Of a stretch of DNA of 21,371 nucleotides, positions 1-9,499 are shown one piece after another. This DNA comes from Nitrososphaeraceae archaeon. Its GTDB lineage: Archaea > Thermoproteota > Nitrososphaeria > Nitrososphaerales > Nitrososphaeraceae. The position numbers were made by a program, and so were the translations under genes. The stretch spans positions 1 through 21,371 of the forward strand of contig DATFEP010000030.1 of NCBI GenBank assembly GCA_035250975.1, in the 5' to 3' direction. The notes under the pieces are model-generated. The model had not been told where the DNA came from. It made no database searches and saw only the letters and a program-made list of their open reading frames with translations. The first letter of the stretch is position 1. The number at the start of each line of letters is the position of its first letter.

Positions 1-119
1 ATTTGAGTTAATATGCATTATATATAATATATTAGCTTTAAAGTATTTTATTTTAACATGAAAAAATTTAAAAAAGCAAGATAAAAATAAAAAGAATCAA
101 ATTAAATAAATACAGATAT

Positions 120-1148
120 ATGCTTTTCTTTACTAGCCCGATAGGTCTAGGTCATGCCACACGTGATATAGCAATAGCTCAGAAGTTAGATATTAAAGAT
201 ATGTCATTAAGATTTGTTACTGGATCAAAGGCATATACTTTTATAGCAAATTGTGGATATGAAGTTTTTAATCTATATAATCCACCTGAATTTAACATTG
301 AAAATGGGGTACTAAATAATTCTTTCAATTGGCTAATAAAATATTATTTATATTACAAGAAATGTAAAAATGCTGCTAGAACCGTAATTAATTCTAAAGG
401 TAATGACAAAATTTTAATTAGCGATGAGGATTTTGCATCTATTGCAGTAGCAGAAGAAAGAAAAAGGAAAAAAATTTTAATCACGGATATCATTAATACC
501 ACTTTTACAAGTGGCTTTTTATCTTTATTAGAAAAACAAATGAACAAAAAATTGTGCCGAATGATTAGAAGATGTGATTGTGTAATTATTCCAGATTTTG
601 GAGAAGATAGTGAAAATTTAAGATATGTTGGACCAATTGTTAGAAATATTTATGATAGTAAAGAAAATTTAAGGAAAAAATTTAATTTTAATAAAAAAAC
701 AATCCTTGTTTGCGTAGGTGGTACTAATTATGGTAAATTTTTAATAGAGAAAACAAAAGAATCTTTCGAAAAGATAAAGAAGAGGTTGGACGTCGATCTT
801 GTAATAGTTGCTGGTCCATCATTAACAATAAAACCATCAGATGATTGCAGGTTGTTAGGATTTGTACCAAATTTAAATGAGTATATCTATGCTTGTGATC
901 TTGTTATTTCTCTTGCAGGGAGATCTACCATGGATGAATCCATAGTATACAATACTCCTGGAATATTTATTCCTTTAAAGAATCATTTTGAACAAGAAGA
1001 AGGTGCAAGAAGATTGGGATTTGAATTCAATGATATTTTTAGACTCAACGAATTAATTGAAGAAAGACTTGGTTTCAGTAAGGATAACAGAAAAATTGTG
1101 AATAAGGGAGCTCAAAAAGCAGCAGAAATCATCCTAGAGTTTCTCTAA
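120..1148 (+). CDS. GT-B glycosyltransferase, MurG/GT28 C-terminal-like
   Basis: N-terminal SPIGLGHATRD, central ILVCVGG, C-terminal FVPNLNEYIYACDLVISLAGRSTMDE...PGIFIP...HFEQ match the MurG/GT28 nucleotide-sugar binding pattern. Confidence 0.85.
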   Translation: MLFFTSPIGLGHATRDIAIAQKLDIKDMSLRFVTGSKAYTFIANCGYEVFNLYNPPEFNIENGVLNNSFNWLIKYYLYYKKCKNAARTVINSKGNDKILISDEDFASIAVAEERKRKKILITDIINTTFTSGFLSLLEKQMNKKLCRMIRRCDCVIIPDFGEDSENLRYVGPIVRNIYDSKENLRKKFNFNKKTILVCVGGTNYGKFLIEKTKESFEKIKKRLDVDLVIVAGPSLTIKPSDDCRLLGFVPNLNEYIYACDLVISLAGRSTMDESIVYNTPGIFIPLKNHFEQEEGARRLGFEFNDIFRLNELIEERLGFSKDNRKIVNKGAQKAAEIILEFL

Positions 1149-1206
1149 ATATTTATTACATTAATACTATATCAATTCAAGTAAATAATACCTAGGAACA
1201 AGAGAT

Positions 1207-2679
1207 ATGACCGAAGTAGTAATTGCAAAGTTTGGAGGAAGTACTATTGGACAAAATGGTGAACAGATACCAAAAGTAATAGAAAGAATAAAACTAATGA
1301 AAAATGAAGGAAACAAAATTGTAGTAGTTTTTTCTGCTCCTTTAATGGAATACGAAGGAAAAATAAGATCCATGACAGATATTGCTATAAATATTGGTAG
1401 AAAGTATGCATCAGGACAAAAAGTAGATACAAAAATTTTTTATGATACATACTTAAACATCGCAATGAACTATGTGTCTGAGAAATATTTGAAGGAATTT
1501 GAATATCACCTCGAAGAATTTTATCATTATGTTACTGTTTCTTTAAATAATTCAATTGAAAATAAAAGATTCATAGATGTTAATAGAGCAAGAACTCTTG
1601 CATATGGAGGAGAAATTACTATGTCATATCTAATGGACTATATTATGAGAAGTAATGGATTAAAATCGAATCATGTAGATATTGAAAAATGGCCTATAAT
1701 TACTGATGATAATTTTGAAGCTGCAAATTTTATGATTGAAGAATCCAAGGAACGCAAAAAACATCTTCTTCAATTAATAGAAGAAAATGAAGTAATATCT
1801 ATTGGTGGTTTTATTGGCAAAACTACAGATGGTTTAGAAACTACATATGAAAGGGGAGGTTCAGATAGAACTGCTGCAGATATTGCTATTATTCTTCATG
1901 ATGATTATAAGACACAAATAGATTTTGAAAAAGATAATATTGTTCTTAGTGCAGATCCAAAAATTGTAAAAGACAATCTAGAATCAATAAAATATTTATC
2001 GTATAATGAAGCTAAATTAGCTGGAATGTTCGGAATGAAAATTCTAGACCCTATAGCAATAAAAGAAATAGATGATAATAAATTGGATATCCCAATAGTT
2101 ATAACCTCAATCATTAATCCTTTAAACGTTACAATAATTCAAAAATCTTTAGATAACGATAAGAAAGGTTTTGAACATAAGGATAATAAGAAGGATAGGA
2201 ATATTTCAAATTCTTTAATCAAAATAGTAACAGGAAAAAGAAATTGTGCTATAGTTAGAATGGAGAGCATAAACGCATCTTATTTAATAGCATCACTGGA
2301 GAAAGATAAACAATATTACAATTTCTTAAAATTATCACCATATAAAATTGATGACATGGAGATTACTAGACTACTATTTTTAGATGCAGATTATGTTAAG
2401 CGTCATGAGCGACATTTCAAAGCATTCTATCCGAAAACAGAATTTTCATATGGAAGAGGTGTAGTTACATTAATAGGAGATTCTATGTGGAAAATGCCAA
2501 AAATTGTGTCCACTGCAAGTAGAACTTTAGGAGATAATGATATAAATATATTGAATTTAGATGCTCAAGAAGAAACATCAAGGATTTTAATAATAGTTGA
2601 AGATATAGACAATAATGTTGCCAATGCAATAAAGGCAGTTCATTTACAAAGAATTAGTAATGATAGCAAGAGCACCTAG
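1207..2679 (+). CDS. lysC: Aspartate kinase with C-terminal ACT-like domain
   Basis: VIAKFGGST N-terminal motif, GFIG...TTYERGGSDRTA, VLSADPKIV, LSYNEA, G-MKILDP motifs of aspartokinases; ACT-like VTLIGDSM region. Confidence 0.9.
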   Translation: MTEVVIAKFGGSTIGQNGEQIPKVIERIKLMKNEGNKIVVVFSAPLMEYEGKIRSMTDIAINIGRKYASGQKVDTKIFYDTYLNIAMNYVSEKYLKEFEYHLEEFYHYVTVSLNNSIENKRFIDVNRARTLAYGGEITMSYLMDYIMRSNGLKSNHVDIEKWPIITDDNFEAANFMIEESKERKKHLLQLIEENEVISIGGFIGKTTDGLETTYERGGSDRTAADIAIILHDDYKTQIDFEKDNIVLSADPKIVKDNLESIKYLSYNEAKLAGMFGMKILDPIAIKEIDDNKLDIPIVITSIINPLNVTIIQKSLDNDKKGFEHKDNKKDRNISNSLIKIVTGKRNCAIVRMESINASYLIASLEKDKQYYNFLKLSPYKIDDMEITRLLFLDADYVKRHERHFKAFYPKTEFSYGRGVVTLIGDSMWKMPKIVSTASRTLGDNDINILNLDAQEETSRILIIVEDIDNNVANAIKAVHLQRISNDSKST

Positions 2680-2714
2680 TATTGAATTATTTGATATGAA
2701 AAGAATGAAATGTT

Positions 2715-3635
2715 ATGAATAATGGTCATATTTGGATAGATGGATCTTTCTATAAATGGGATGAAGCAAAAATACATGTTTTAACCCATTCTCTACATTA
2801 TGGAACGGCAGTATTTGAGGGAATCCGTTGTTATAATACTGTTAAAGGTCCTGCAATATTCAGATTAGAAGATCATGTAAATAGACTATTTAATAGTGCC
2901 AAAATATATTTCATGAATATTGAATTTTCCAAAGAACAAATAGAAGATGCGATAATTGATACTACCAAAAAAAACAGAATAGATGAATGCTATATTCGAC
3001 CGTTAGCTTATTTTGGTTATGGAAAAATGGGAATTAATCCATTAAGCAATAAGGTATCTGTAGCTATAGCGTTATGGAAGTGGGATGAATATCTAAAGAA
3101 AGAAGACGTCAATCATGGAGTCAGAGTAATGGTATCAGGATGGATGAGAATAGATGCAAGAACGATGCCTATTCATGCAAAAGCAACTGCCAATTATGCG
3201 AATTCAGCTTTAGCAAGAATTGAAGCTATAAAAGCCGGATTTGATGAAGCTATCATGCTTAATACTGATGGAATGGTAGTTGAAGCTAGCGGGGAAAATA
3301 TTTTTATTGTTAAAAATAATGTTTTAATTACTCCTCCAACGGCTTCCGGTGCATTAGAGGGAATAACACGTGATACAGTATTAAGATTAGCTAAAGATGA
3401 TAATATCGTTACTGAAATTCGTGATATATCAAAAGATGAATTGTATTTAGCAGATGAAGTATTTTTGACAGGTACTGCTGCTGAGATAAAGGCAGTAGGA
3501 GAAATAGATAACAGACGTATAGGAAATGGCGATATAGAAAAAATAACTCTACAGTTAAAAAGTTTATTTGACGATCTAACAAGAGGCAACCACAAATACA
3601 GTACCGAGTGGCTTAGCTACATAAACATAGATTGA
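2715..3635 (+). CDS. ilvE: Branched-chain amino acid aminotransferase (PLP class IV)
   Basis: HSLHYGTAVFEGIR, YIRP, AKATANY (PLP lysine), EASGENIF, LEGITR, ADEVFLTGTAAEI. Confidence 0.95.
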   Translation: MNNGHIWIDGSFYKWDEAKIHVLTHSLHYGTAVFEGIRCYNTVKGPAIFRLEDHVNRLFNSAKIYFMNIEFSKEQIEDAIIDTTKKNRIDECYIRPLAYFGYGKMGINPLSNKVSVAIALWKWDEYLKKEDVNHGVRVMVSGWMRIDARTMPIHAKATANYANSALARIEAIKAGFDEAIMLNTDGMVVEASGENIFIVKNNVLITPPTASGALEGITRDTVLRLAKDDNIVTEIRDISKDELYLADEVFLTGTAAEIKAVGEIDNRRIGNGDIEKITLQLKSLFDDLTRGNHKYSTEWLSYINID

Positions 3636-3720
3636 TTAAACTAAGATGTTTGTTTCAATATCAAAAATAAGCCAATTTTCCTTTAAAATATATATGAAAT
3701 AAGCGTAAATCTTTCAAAAT

Positions 3721-4191
3721 TTGATCCAAATGAAGAAAAAGAATAACAACAAATTTGAAACTGATTTATTTAGGGAATATCTGAGCTGGATCGATATTGA
3801 AAATCTTATTGACATAATTAGTAACAAAATTAGAAAATGCAATAAAAAATATGATACAGTAATTGGAATAAAAAATGGAGGAATCGTTCCTGCAAGATTA
3901 TTTTCAAGGGAACTAGAAATTAAGGAGATTGAATTTATTTCAACTAAATCTGTTCAAACAAATGAATTTTATGATAGAATAAAAAACAATAAAAAATATC
4001 TTTTAGTTGATGAAATATATGATACAGGTAAAACTTTTCTTGCAATTAAGGAACGTTTGAAAAATATTGAATATGATTTTTCATGTTTGATAAGTAGATA
4101 TAATATACATGATGATGGTATAATCATAGGAAGAGTTTTGAATAATACAAATTGGATTATTTTTCCTTGGGAAAATAGAAATATAAAGTAG
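3721..4191 (+). CDS. Type I phosphoribosyltransferase, probably purine (xanthine/guanine-like); true start may be ATG 3730
   Basis: PRPP-binding motif LLVDEIYDTGKT, IKNGGIVPA, C-terminal WIIFPWE typical of Gpt-like enzymes. Confidence 0.8.
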   Translation: MIQMKKKNNNKFETDLFREYLSWIDIENLIDIISNKIRKCNKKYDTVIGIKNGGIVPARLFSRELEIKEIEFISTKSVQTNEFYDRIKNNKKYLLVDEIYDTGKTFLAIKERLKNIEYDFSCLISRYNIHDDGIIIGRVLNNTNWIIFPWENRNIK

Positions 4192-4200
4192 AAAAAAATA

Positions 4201-4222
4201 TTTCGTTTAGTTTCATATAGAA
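4201..4222 (+). repeat. Copy 1 of a 22-bp imperfect direct repeat flanking pstS
   Basis: tttcgtttagtttcatatagaa; matches 5509-5530 at 19 of 22 positions. Confidence 0.6.
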
Positions 4223-4244
4223 CTAATGATATTATAATGTCAAA

Positions 4245-5378
4245 ATGTTAATCATATTATCATGTACATTGGATATGCAAAATAACTATAGACCAATGAT
4301 TTGGTTCATAGCTGGTATATACTTAATGACAAATTTGCCAACAATATTAGAACAAACTTACGCACAGATTACTATAAATGGAGCAGGTGCATCGTTCCCA
4401 TTTCCATTAATAGACACGTGGAGAGTTGAATATCAAAATGTTAAACCTGATGTAAATATCAATTATCAATCTATTGGAAGTGGAGGAGGAGTAAAACAGT
4501 TTATAGAAAAAACGGTGGATTTCGGAGCGACTGATGCTCCGTTAAATGAGGAAGAAGAGAAGAAAATTACTGGTGCAGTACATATTCCTGAGACTATTGG
4601 ATCTGTTGTAGTTGCTATAACTTGCCACAAATATCAGATAAGGAGCTCAAATTAACTGGTCCTGTAATTTCTGAAATATTTATGGGTAAGATAACTAAAC
4701 GGAATGATCCAAAGATCAAAGAGTTCAATCCTGATTTAGATCTACCTGCAGAAGGCATGCATGTGGTACATAGATCTGATGGTTCTGGTACAACATTTGT
4801 ATTTACAGTTTGTATTTACAGATTATTTATCTAATGTTAGCTCACAATGGGAAGCAGAGATAGGCAAAGGAAAATCAGTTCAATGGCCTACAGGAATAGG
4901 TTCTCCAGGAAGCGAAGGTGTTAGTAGTTCAATAGTAAGTACACTTAATTCAATTGGATATATTGAATTAGCTTATGCAATGACTACCGATCTTGATTTT
5001 GCTTCTGTTCAAAATAATGAGGGTAATTTTATAAAACCATCTTTAAATTCTACTGCAGCTGTGATATCATCTTCTACAACGGGCTTACCTGATGGTATTG
5101 GTTCATGGAAAGATGTTTCAGTGGTCAATGCCCACGGTAGTGATTCGTATTCTATAGCAAGCTTCACTTATCTTTTACTCTTTAAAGAATTAGGTACTAA
5201 TCCATCTATTGATGAGACCAAAGCTAAGGCATTAGTTGATTTTATATCCTGGGCTATTACTGATGGACAAAAATTTGCTTCAGGTTTAGAATATGTTACC
5301 TTGCCTGATGAAGTCGTAAAACTTAATCAAGAAATACTCAAATCATTGATATTCAAGGGAAATCCAATACTTCAATAG
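4245..5378 (+). pseudogene. pstS: Phosphate ABC transporter substrate-binding protein, broken by two frameshifts
   Basis: Three ORF pieces carry consecutive PstS motifs (INGAGASFPFP, YQSIGSGGG, DFGATDAPL / VVHRSDGSGTT / GKSVQWP, IGYIELAYA, SFTYLL). 1-bp deletion near 4616 (gttgctataac versus expected VAYN) and a 13-bp tandem duplication at 4796-4821. Confidence 0.92.
4796..4821 (+). repeat. 13-bp perfect tandem duplication (tttgtatttacag x2) inside pstS
   Basis: Read directly at 4796-4808 and 4809-4821; removing one copy restores GTTFVFTDYLS. Confidence 0.92.
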
Positions 5379-5508
5379 CTTATAACAAAAACACCAATTT
5401 TTTTTGCATTTATTATATTTGGTACTTAATAGGTAAAAATAATTTTCAACAATATTTTTTAGAATGAATGTATAAGAATAAAACAACAATAAAGTATAAC
5501 ACTGAAAT

Positions 5509-5530
5509 TTTCGTCAAGTTTCATACAGAA
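5509..5530 (+). repeat. Copy 2 of the 22-bp imperfect direct repeat flanking pstS
   Basis: tttcgtcaagtttcatacagaa; 19/22 identical to 4201-4222. Confidence 0.6.
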
Positions 5531-5661
5531 AAAGAAAATTAGCATATTATCTTTGAAAGACATTTTTAATGATTTGCATAAGTATGTGGTAAATTTAGGA
5601 ATGTGATATTATATCTTAGGTATATAGAAAATTATTTATATTTATATCAACTGCTAAATAT

Positions 5662-6744
5662 CTAAATCTTGTAACTTGATGGTCTTTTTTCTATAGTTAT
5701 TACTTCTCCGATAGTTTGATTTAATGCTTCTTCTGCTATGTCACTAGCATGTTCTGCAGTACGTCTTAGATGCTCGAGTATAAGTTTAACGTAAATCTTA
5801 TTTTGATTAAAGGAATCACCAAATTTATCCAGAATTGACACGATTTCATTTTCAAGAAGTCTCACATTTTCAACTCGATCCACTATTTTATCTGCTATCA
5901 AATAATCTCTTCTTAAAAATGCTTCAACTGAATCATTAAGATCTTGTAATGATAGATCGCTCATTTTTTTCACGTTTTCAAGAATTTCATTAGGAATCTT
6001 ATCTTTTATAAACAAACATTGTTCAGTTATTTTAGAAGCATGATCTGCAATTCTCTCGATACTTTTTACAGCTGATCTATAACTTAAACAATCTGAAGTA
6101 TTTTTTAAGCCGATTTCACTTAACATTCTATCGTTTTTTGTAGCAATAACTAGATTTCTCAATATGTAAAGACTAAACCTGTCGACTTCATCATCAGATC
6201 TAATAACAGCATTAGCCAGTTCATAGTTCAACTCTGTTAAAGCAATAATCGCATCTTTATGCATTGAAGTAGCAAGTAGGAACATTCGTCTCACTGCAGT
6301 ATTTACAGAAAGCTCTGGAAGAGTAATTAAAACTTGTATCGTTATTAAATCTGAAGAATCAGCAATAATCTCTGTACCTACCAGATTTCTGCGAACAACT
6401 TCTCTAGCTGCTTCACGTTGTAATGGATTAATTCTTCCCAGTTTCGATTTTAAATTTATTATATTAAATCCTGCTAAATACATGGATACCAATTTACGTT
6501 TTATGGAATTGGAACTATCATCTTTTAGTACTTGAACAGTAGCTTCATCGACTGATTCTTTTGATAATCTAGCAATATCAGATACTATTGATAATGTATT
6601 ATCTGGTTCTCTAATGATTGTAACAGGGTCTCCTGGTTTCAAATGTAGTTCTGTTACCCATTTTTTAGGTAATGATAAGACGTATGTAGATTTCCCAGTA
6701 AATTGTATTTTTCTTACTTCACCACTGTCTGAATATATTGGCAA
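5662..6744 (-). CDS. phoU: Archaeal phosphate uptake regulator, AbrB/SpoVT N-terminal domain plus two PhoU repeats (TTG start)
   Basis: RKIQFTGKSTYVLSLPKKW (AbrB-like), DDEVDRF, KSIERIADHA and EHLRRTAEHASDIAE PhoU motifs; sits between pst relics. Confidence 0.92.
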   Translation of the reverse strand: MPIYSDSGEVRKIQFTGKSTYVLSLPKKWVTELHLKPGDPVTIIREPDNTLSIVSDIARLSKESVDEATVQVLKDDSSNSIKRKLVSMYLAGFNIINLKSKLGRINPLQREAAREVVRRNLVGTEIIADSSDLITIQVLITLPELSVNTAVRRMFLLATSMHKDAIIALTELNYELANAVIRSDDEVDRFSLYILRNLVIATKNDRMLSEIGLKNTSDCLSYRSAVKSIERIADHASKITEQCLFIKDKIPNEILENVKKMSDLSLQDLNDSVEAFLRRDYLIADKIVDRVENVRLLENEIVSILDKFGDSFNQNKIYVKLILEHLRRTAEHASDIAEEALNQTIGEVITIEKRPSSYKI

Positions 6745-6791
6745 TAGTTAGAGAAGGAGAAACATTATTAGTATAGTTTATGTTAGTTGAT

Positions 6792-6816
6792 AATATAGAT
6801 CTATCAAATCTATATT
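6792..6816. promoter_or_regulatory. 9-7-9 inverted repeat upstream of phoU, candidate operator
   Basis: aatatagat (6792-6800) N7 atctatatt (6808-6816); further ctatat copies at 6819 and 6860. AT-rich context lowers significance. Confidence 0.35.
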
Positions 6817-6880
6817 TACTATATAATATATCTTTAGATCAGGAACTATTCATATAATACTATATAGAAAGAAACTAAGC

Positions 6881-7411
6881 CTAGTAATTTTTAATTGAAA
6901 TATTTTTTCCTAGAGACAATAATCTAAGAACTATATTCAAGATTAATACAATCATAATTGAAACGAATGCTGTACCCATCCTTGAGCATGAGCAGATTCG
7001 TATGGTTGAGATGCCAATCTCCATATTCTAAGAGGAAGAGCAGCTAGACATATTTCAGAGAGGAAGACGGCTATCCTAAACTTATTGGTACACATATAAC
7101 CATTGCAATGCCAGAACTAACCAAGGTTCCTATGACCTATGATATAATATAACGCTCCAAATGATTCTCTTCCCACTATTGTATTCCAATCTGTACCAGT
7201 GAAGAAACTAAATCCTTCCTTTCAAAAAATTTTTAGAACCATCACCAACTGAAAAAACTATTAATGATAAAATAACTAGTGTATAGATAGAAGCTCCAAT
7301 TATAATCCATTTGAAAATTTTGTCAAATTTTGATGTATTCTTTAATCGAGTTAGAGATTTGTGATTACTAATATTGTCATTGAATATGGAACTCGTGACT
7401 GGTACTACCGT
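6881..7411 (-). pseudogene. pstC/pstA: Relic of phosphate ABC permeases: PstC N-terminus fused by deletion to PstA C-terminus, with several frameshifts
   Basis: Manual minus-strand translation across frameshifts: FDKIFKWIIIGASIYTLVILSLIVFSVGDGS / KEGFSFFTGTDWNTIVGRESFGALYYIIG / TLVSSGIAMVICVPISLG / IAVFLSEI (PstC-like), running in frame into AALPLRIWRLASQPYESAHAQGW / TAFVSIMIVLILNIVLR...stop (PstA-like). Junction about 7045-7050; ACG at 7411-7409 may be a mutated start. Confidence 0.85.
7129..7142 (+). repeat. 7-bp tandem duplication (cctatga x2) inside the pstC relic
   Basis: Removing one copy restores YYIIGTLVSS on the minus strand. Confidence 0.85.
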
Positions 7412-7626
7412 CTAATATTAAGAAGATTGATATTTTTTTAGTTATCACATAGTTTTAACGTACAACAACATAGTCTATGATACAGATATAGTATAAAGAT
7501 TTTTATAAAATAATAAGAAAATATACAATAAAAATTAAGATTCGAAATTAAAGTTGTATTTATCTTTATACAGTCAATTATTTGTATCACGAATAATTAA
7601 AATAAGAAAATGAACAAATTGTATAA

Positions 7627-8277
7627 ATGAAAATAAGGATAGACCAGCAATCACCAGTAAATATAATTGATGAAAAAATAGATGGATTTAAAATTTTAGG
7701 GGTTGGTGCAAGTTTACGTAAAAATTCTACAAGTACTAAAATACTACAAATGACTCTTGAAGAGTGTCAGAAATACGGTGCAATTATTAGTGTACTTGAT
7801 TTAAGAGAAATAGAGTTACCCATTTTCAGTCCAAATAAACCTAAAGAAATTACAGAAAATATTAGAAAGATAAATGATGAGGTAATTGAATCTGATGCAT
7901 TTATTTTGGCCACACCTGATTATCATGGATCAATGTCGGGTGGAATGAAGAATTTTTTAGATTATTATTGGTATGAATTTTCTGGTAAACTATTTGGATA
8001 TATAGTATCATCACATGAAAAAGGTTTAACTGTCATTGATCATATGAGAACAGCAGTACGTCAATGTTATGGGTGGAGTTTACCATATGGTTTATCTATA
8101 CATGGAGAAAATGATTTTGATGATCAAGGTAATTTAAAAAATACTTATTTGAATCAACGTATGAAAAACATGGGAAGAGATATGGTAACTTATGGAAAAT
8201 TAATAGCAACTCAGTTTTTATATGATAAAAATCTAAAAGAAAATAATACTTTTGCATTTCAATTTGTAAAAAAATGA
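7627..8277 (+). CDS. NAD(P)H-dependent FMN reductase (SsuE/flavodoxin-like fold)
   Basis: GASLRKNSTS FMN loop and DAFILATPDYHGSMSGGMKNFLD signature. Confidence 0.9.
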   Translation: MKIRIDQQSPVNIIDEKIDGFKILGVGASLRKNSTSTKILQMTLEECQKYGAIISVLDLREIELPIFSPNKPKEITENIRKINDEVIESDAFILATPDYHGSMSGGMKNFLDYYWYEFSGKLFGYIVSSHEKGLTVIDHMRTAVRQCYGWSLPYGLSIHGENDFDDQGNLKNTYLNQRMKNMGRDMVTYGKLIATQFLYDKNLKENNTFAFQFVKK

Positions 8278-8488
8278 TATCGACAATTATATTATTTTTT
8301 AATTGTGTAAATGTATATTAGATCTATTATGCATTTAGTGACAATATTAAAATCTGTGAGATTGAATATGTTTCACGGTAAAAACTAATGTGATATTTAT
8401 AATATTCTTAGTTTTTGGCCTAGGGTCTAAAAATTCTAAAAATTTCAATTATTCATTTTAATATATTCCTATGGATAGTATTGTGTAT

Positions 8489-8926
8489 CTAACAGGGTAC
8501 TGATATTGTTAATATTTTTTGAATCTTATTGTTATCAGGTAGATTATCTTGATCTAAATCATTAAACAATTGAATTTCGTACGATCCTTTGATTAATGGA
8601 CCTTCAATGAATACGTCTTCATTGAATCCACCCGTACTGTTGGTGGCAAAATATCCGTATGATGCAATAGTTTTGCTCTCAGGGTGGACTACTTGCCACT
8701 GGACATTCCCATTTGGTTCAAATCCATTGACTTTGAGTATCATTGAAAAGCCTTCAAGTTCGCCGCATTCTGGAGATACCATTACATTAGGTTCTGATTC
8801 GGCACTAACATTTACTAATATCGTTGAGAGAGATGATACCAATAATATTATTACAAGAATAGGAGCTATTGTTAATTTCATTGATGATATACTATTAGAT
8901 TTTTGTTTATTTAATTTTGCTTTCAA
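8489..8926 (-). CDS. Hypothetical secreted or membrane-anchored protein; start may be the downstream Met (MKLTIAP)
   Basis: Hydrophobic signal-like segment ending VSA-ESE, then a beta-rich domain with two Cys, one near each end. Confidence 0.7.
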   Translation of the reverse strand: MKAKLNKQKSNSISSMKLTIAPILVIILLVSSLSTILVNVSAESEPNVMVSPECGELEGFSMILKVNGFEPNGNVQWQVVHPESKTIASYGYFATNSTGGFNEDVFIEGPLIKGSYEIQLFNDLDQDNLPDNNKIQKILTISVPC

Positions 8927-8969
8927 AATTCTTGTTAAAGAGATAAAAATTATTCAGATACTGATTAAC

Positions 8970-9090
8970 AATTAAGTCAAGTGTCATAATGAATATCATC
9001 ATGCCATCTTCTAATTTTCTATATGGAAATGCAGAAATTTAGATCTGTAATTAAAAGGATATCACATCCATCAAGACACTTGACTTAATT
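8970..9090. mobile_element. MITE-like non-autonomous element or internally deleted IS relic
   Basis: Perfect 16-bp inverted repeat aattaagtcaagtgtc (8970-8985) / gacacttgacttaatt (9075-9090), extending imperfectly (9 of the next 14 nt); ttaa at both outer ends could be a target duplication; no coding capacity. Confidence 0.7.
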
Positions 9091-9166
9091 TAAATAATTC
9101 AAATATAATGATTATTTTAAATTGTCTCTAGATAACAAAAAATTATAATGAAAAGGGTGAAGTGAA

Positions 9167-9428
9167 ATGATAAATCATTTTAATTTCTATGAAAAATACA
9201 CAAATGGACCAACAAAGTGTGCAACACTAAACACAACAGCTAGACATATTCCTGATAATGAAGTAGGACAGTTAAAACCATTAGTTAATAGATTAAATGT
9301 ACAAACCAATATTGCAAAAGAGTTAGTAGCTGATTCTATGATTAAAGAGTTCAAACAAAGATATTTTGATTAAAGTTGATCCTCATGGAAATGTTTGGGT
9401 TAAGCGAATGCTCTATCAATTTAGTTAA
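9167..9428 (+). pseudogene. Small hypothetical ORF (9167-9373), possibly frameshifted with a continuation to 9428
   Basis: 68-aa ORF; a shifted frame near 9360 reads DILIKVDPHGNVWVKRMLYQFS-stop. No family recognised. Confidence 0.3.
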
Positions 9429-9499
9429 ATGACAATTTTGAAATTTACTTATTATTATAGAACATTTTTAATATTACTCTTTTATAATTTCACTTAACA

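Noticed and set aside
353-3595. Minus-strand ORFs 353-547, 1167-1373, 1905-2114 and 3194-3595
   Set aside because: Antisense shadows of well-supported plus-strand genes; no motifs.
8589-8975. 128-aa plus-strand ORF
   Set aside because: Antisense to 8489-8926, which has a signal peptide and more protein-like composition.
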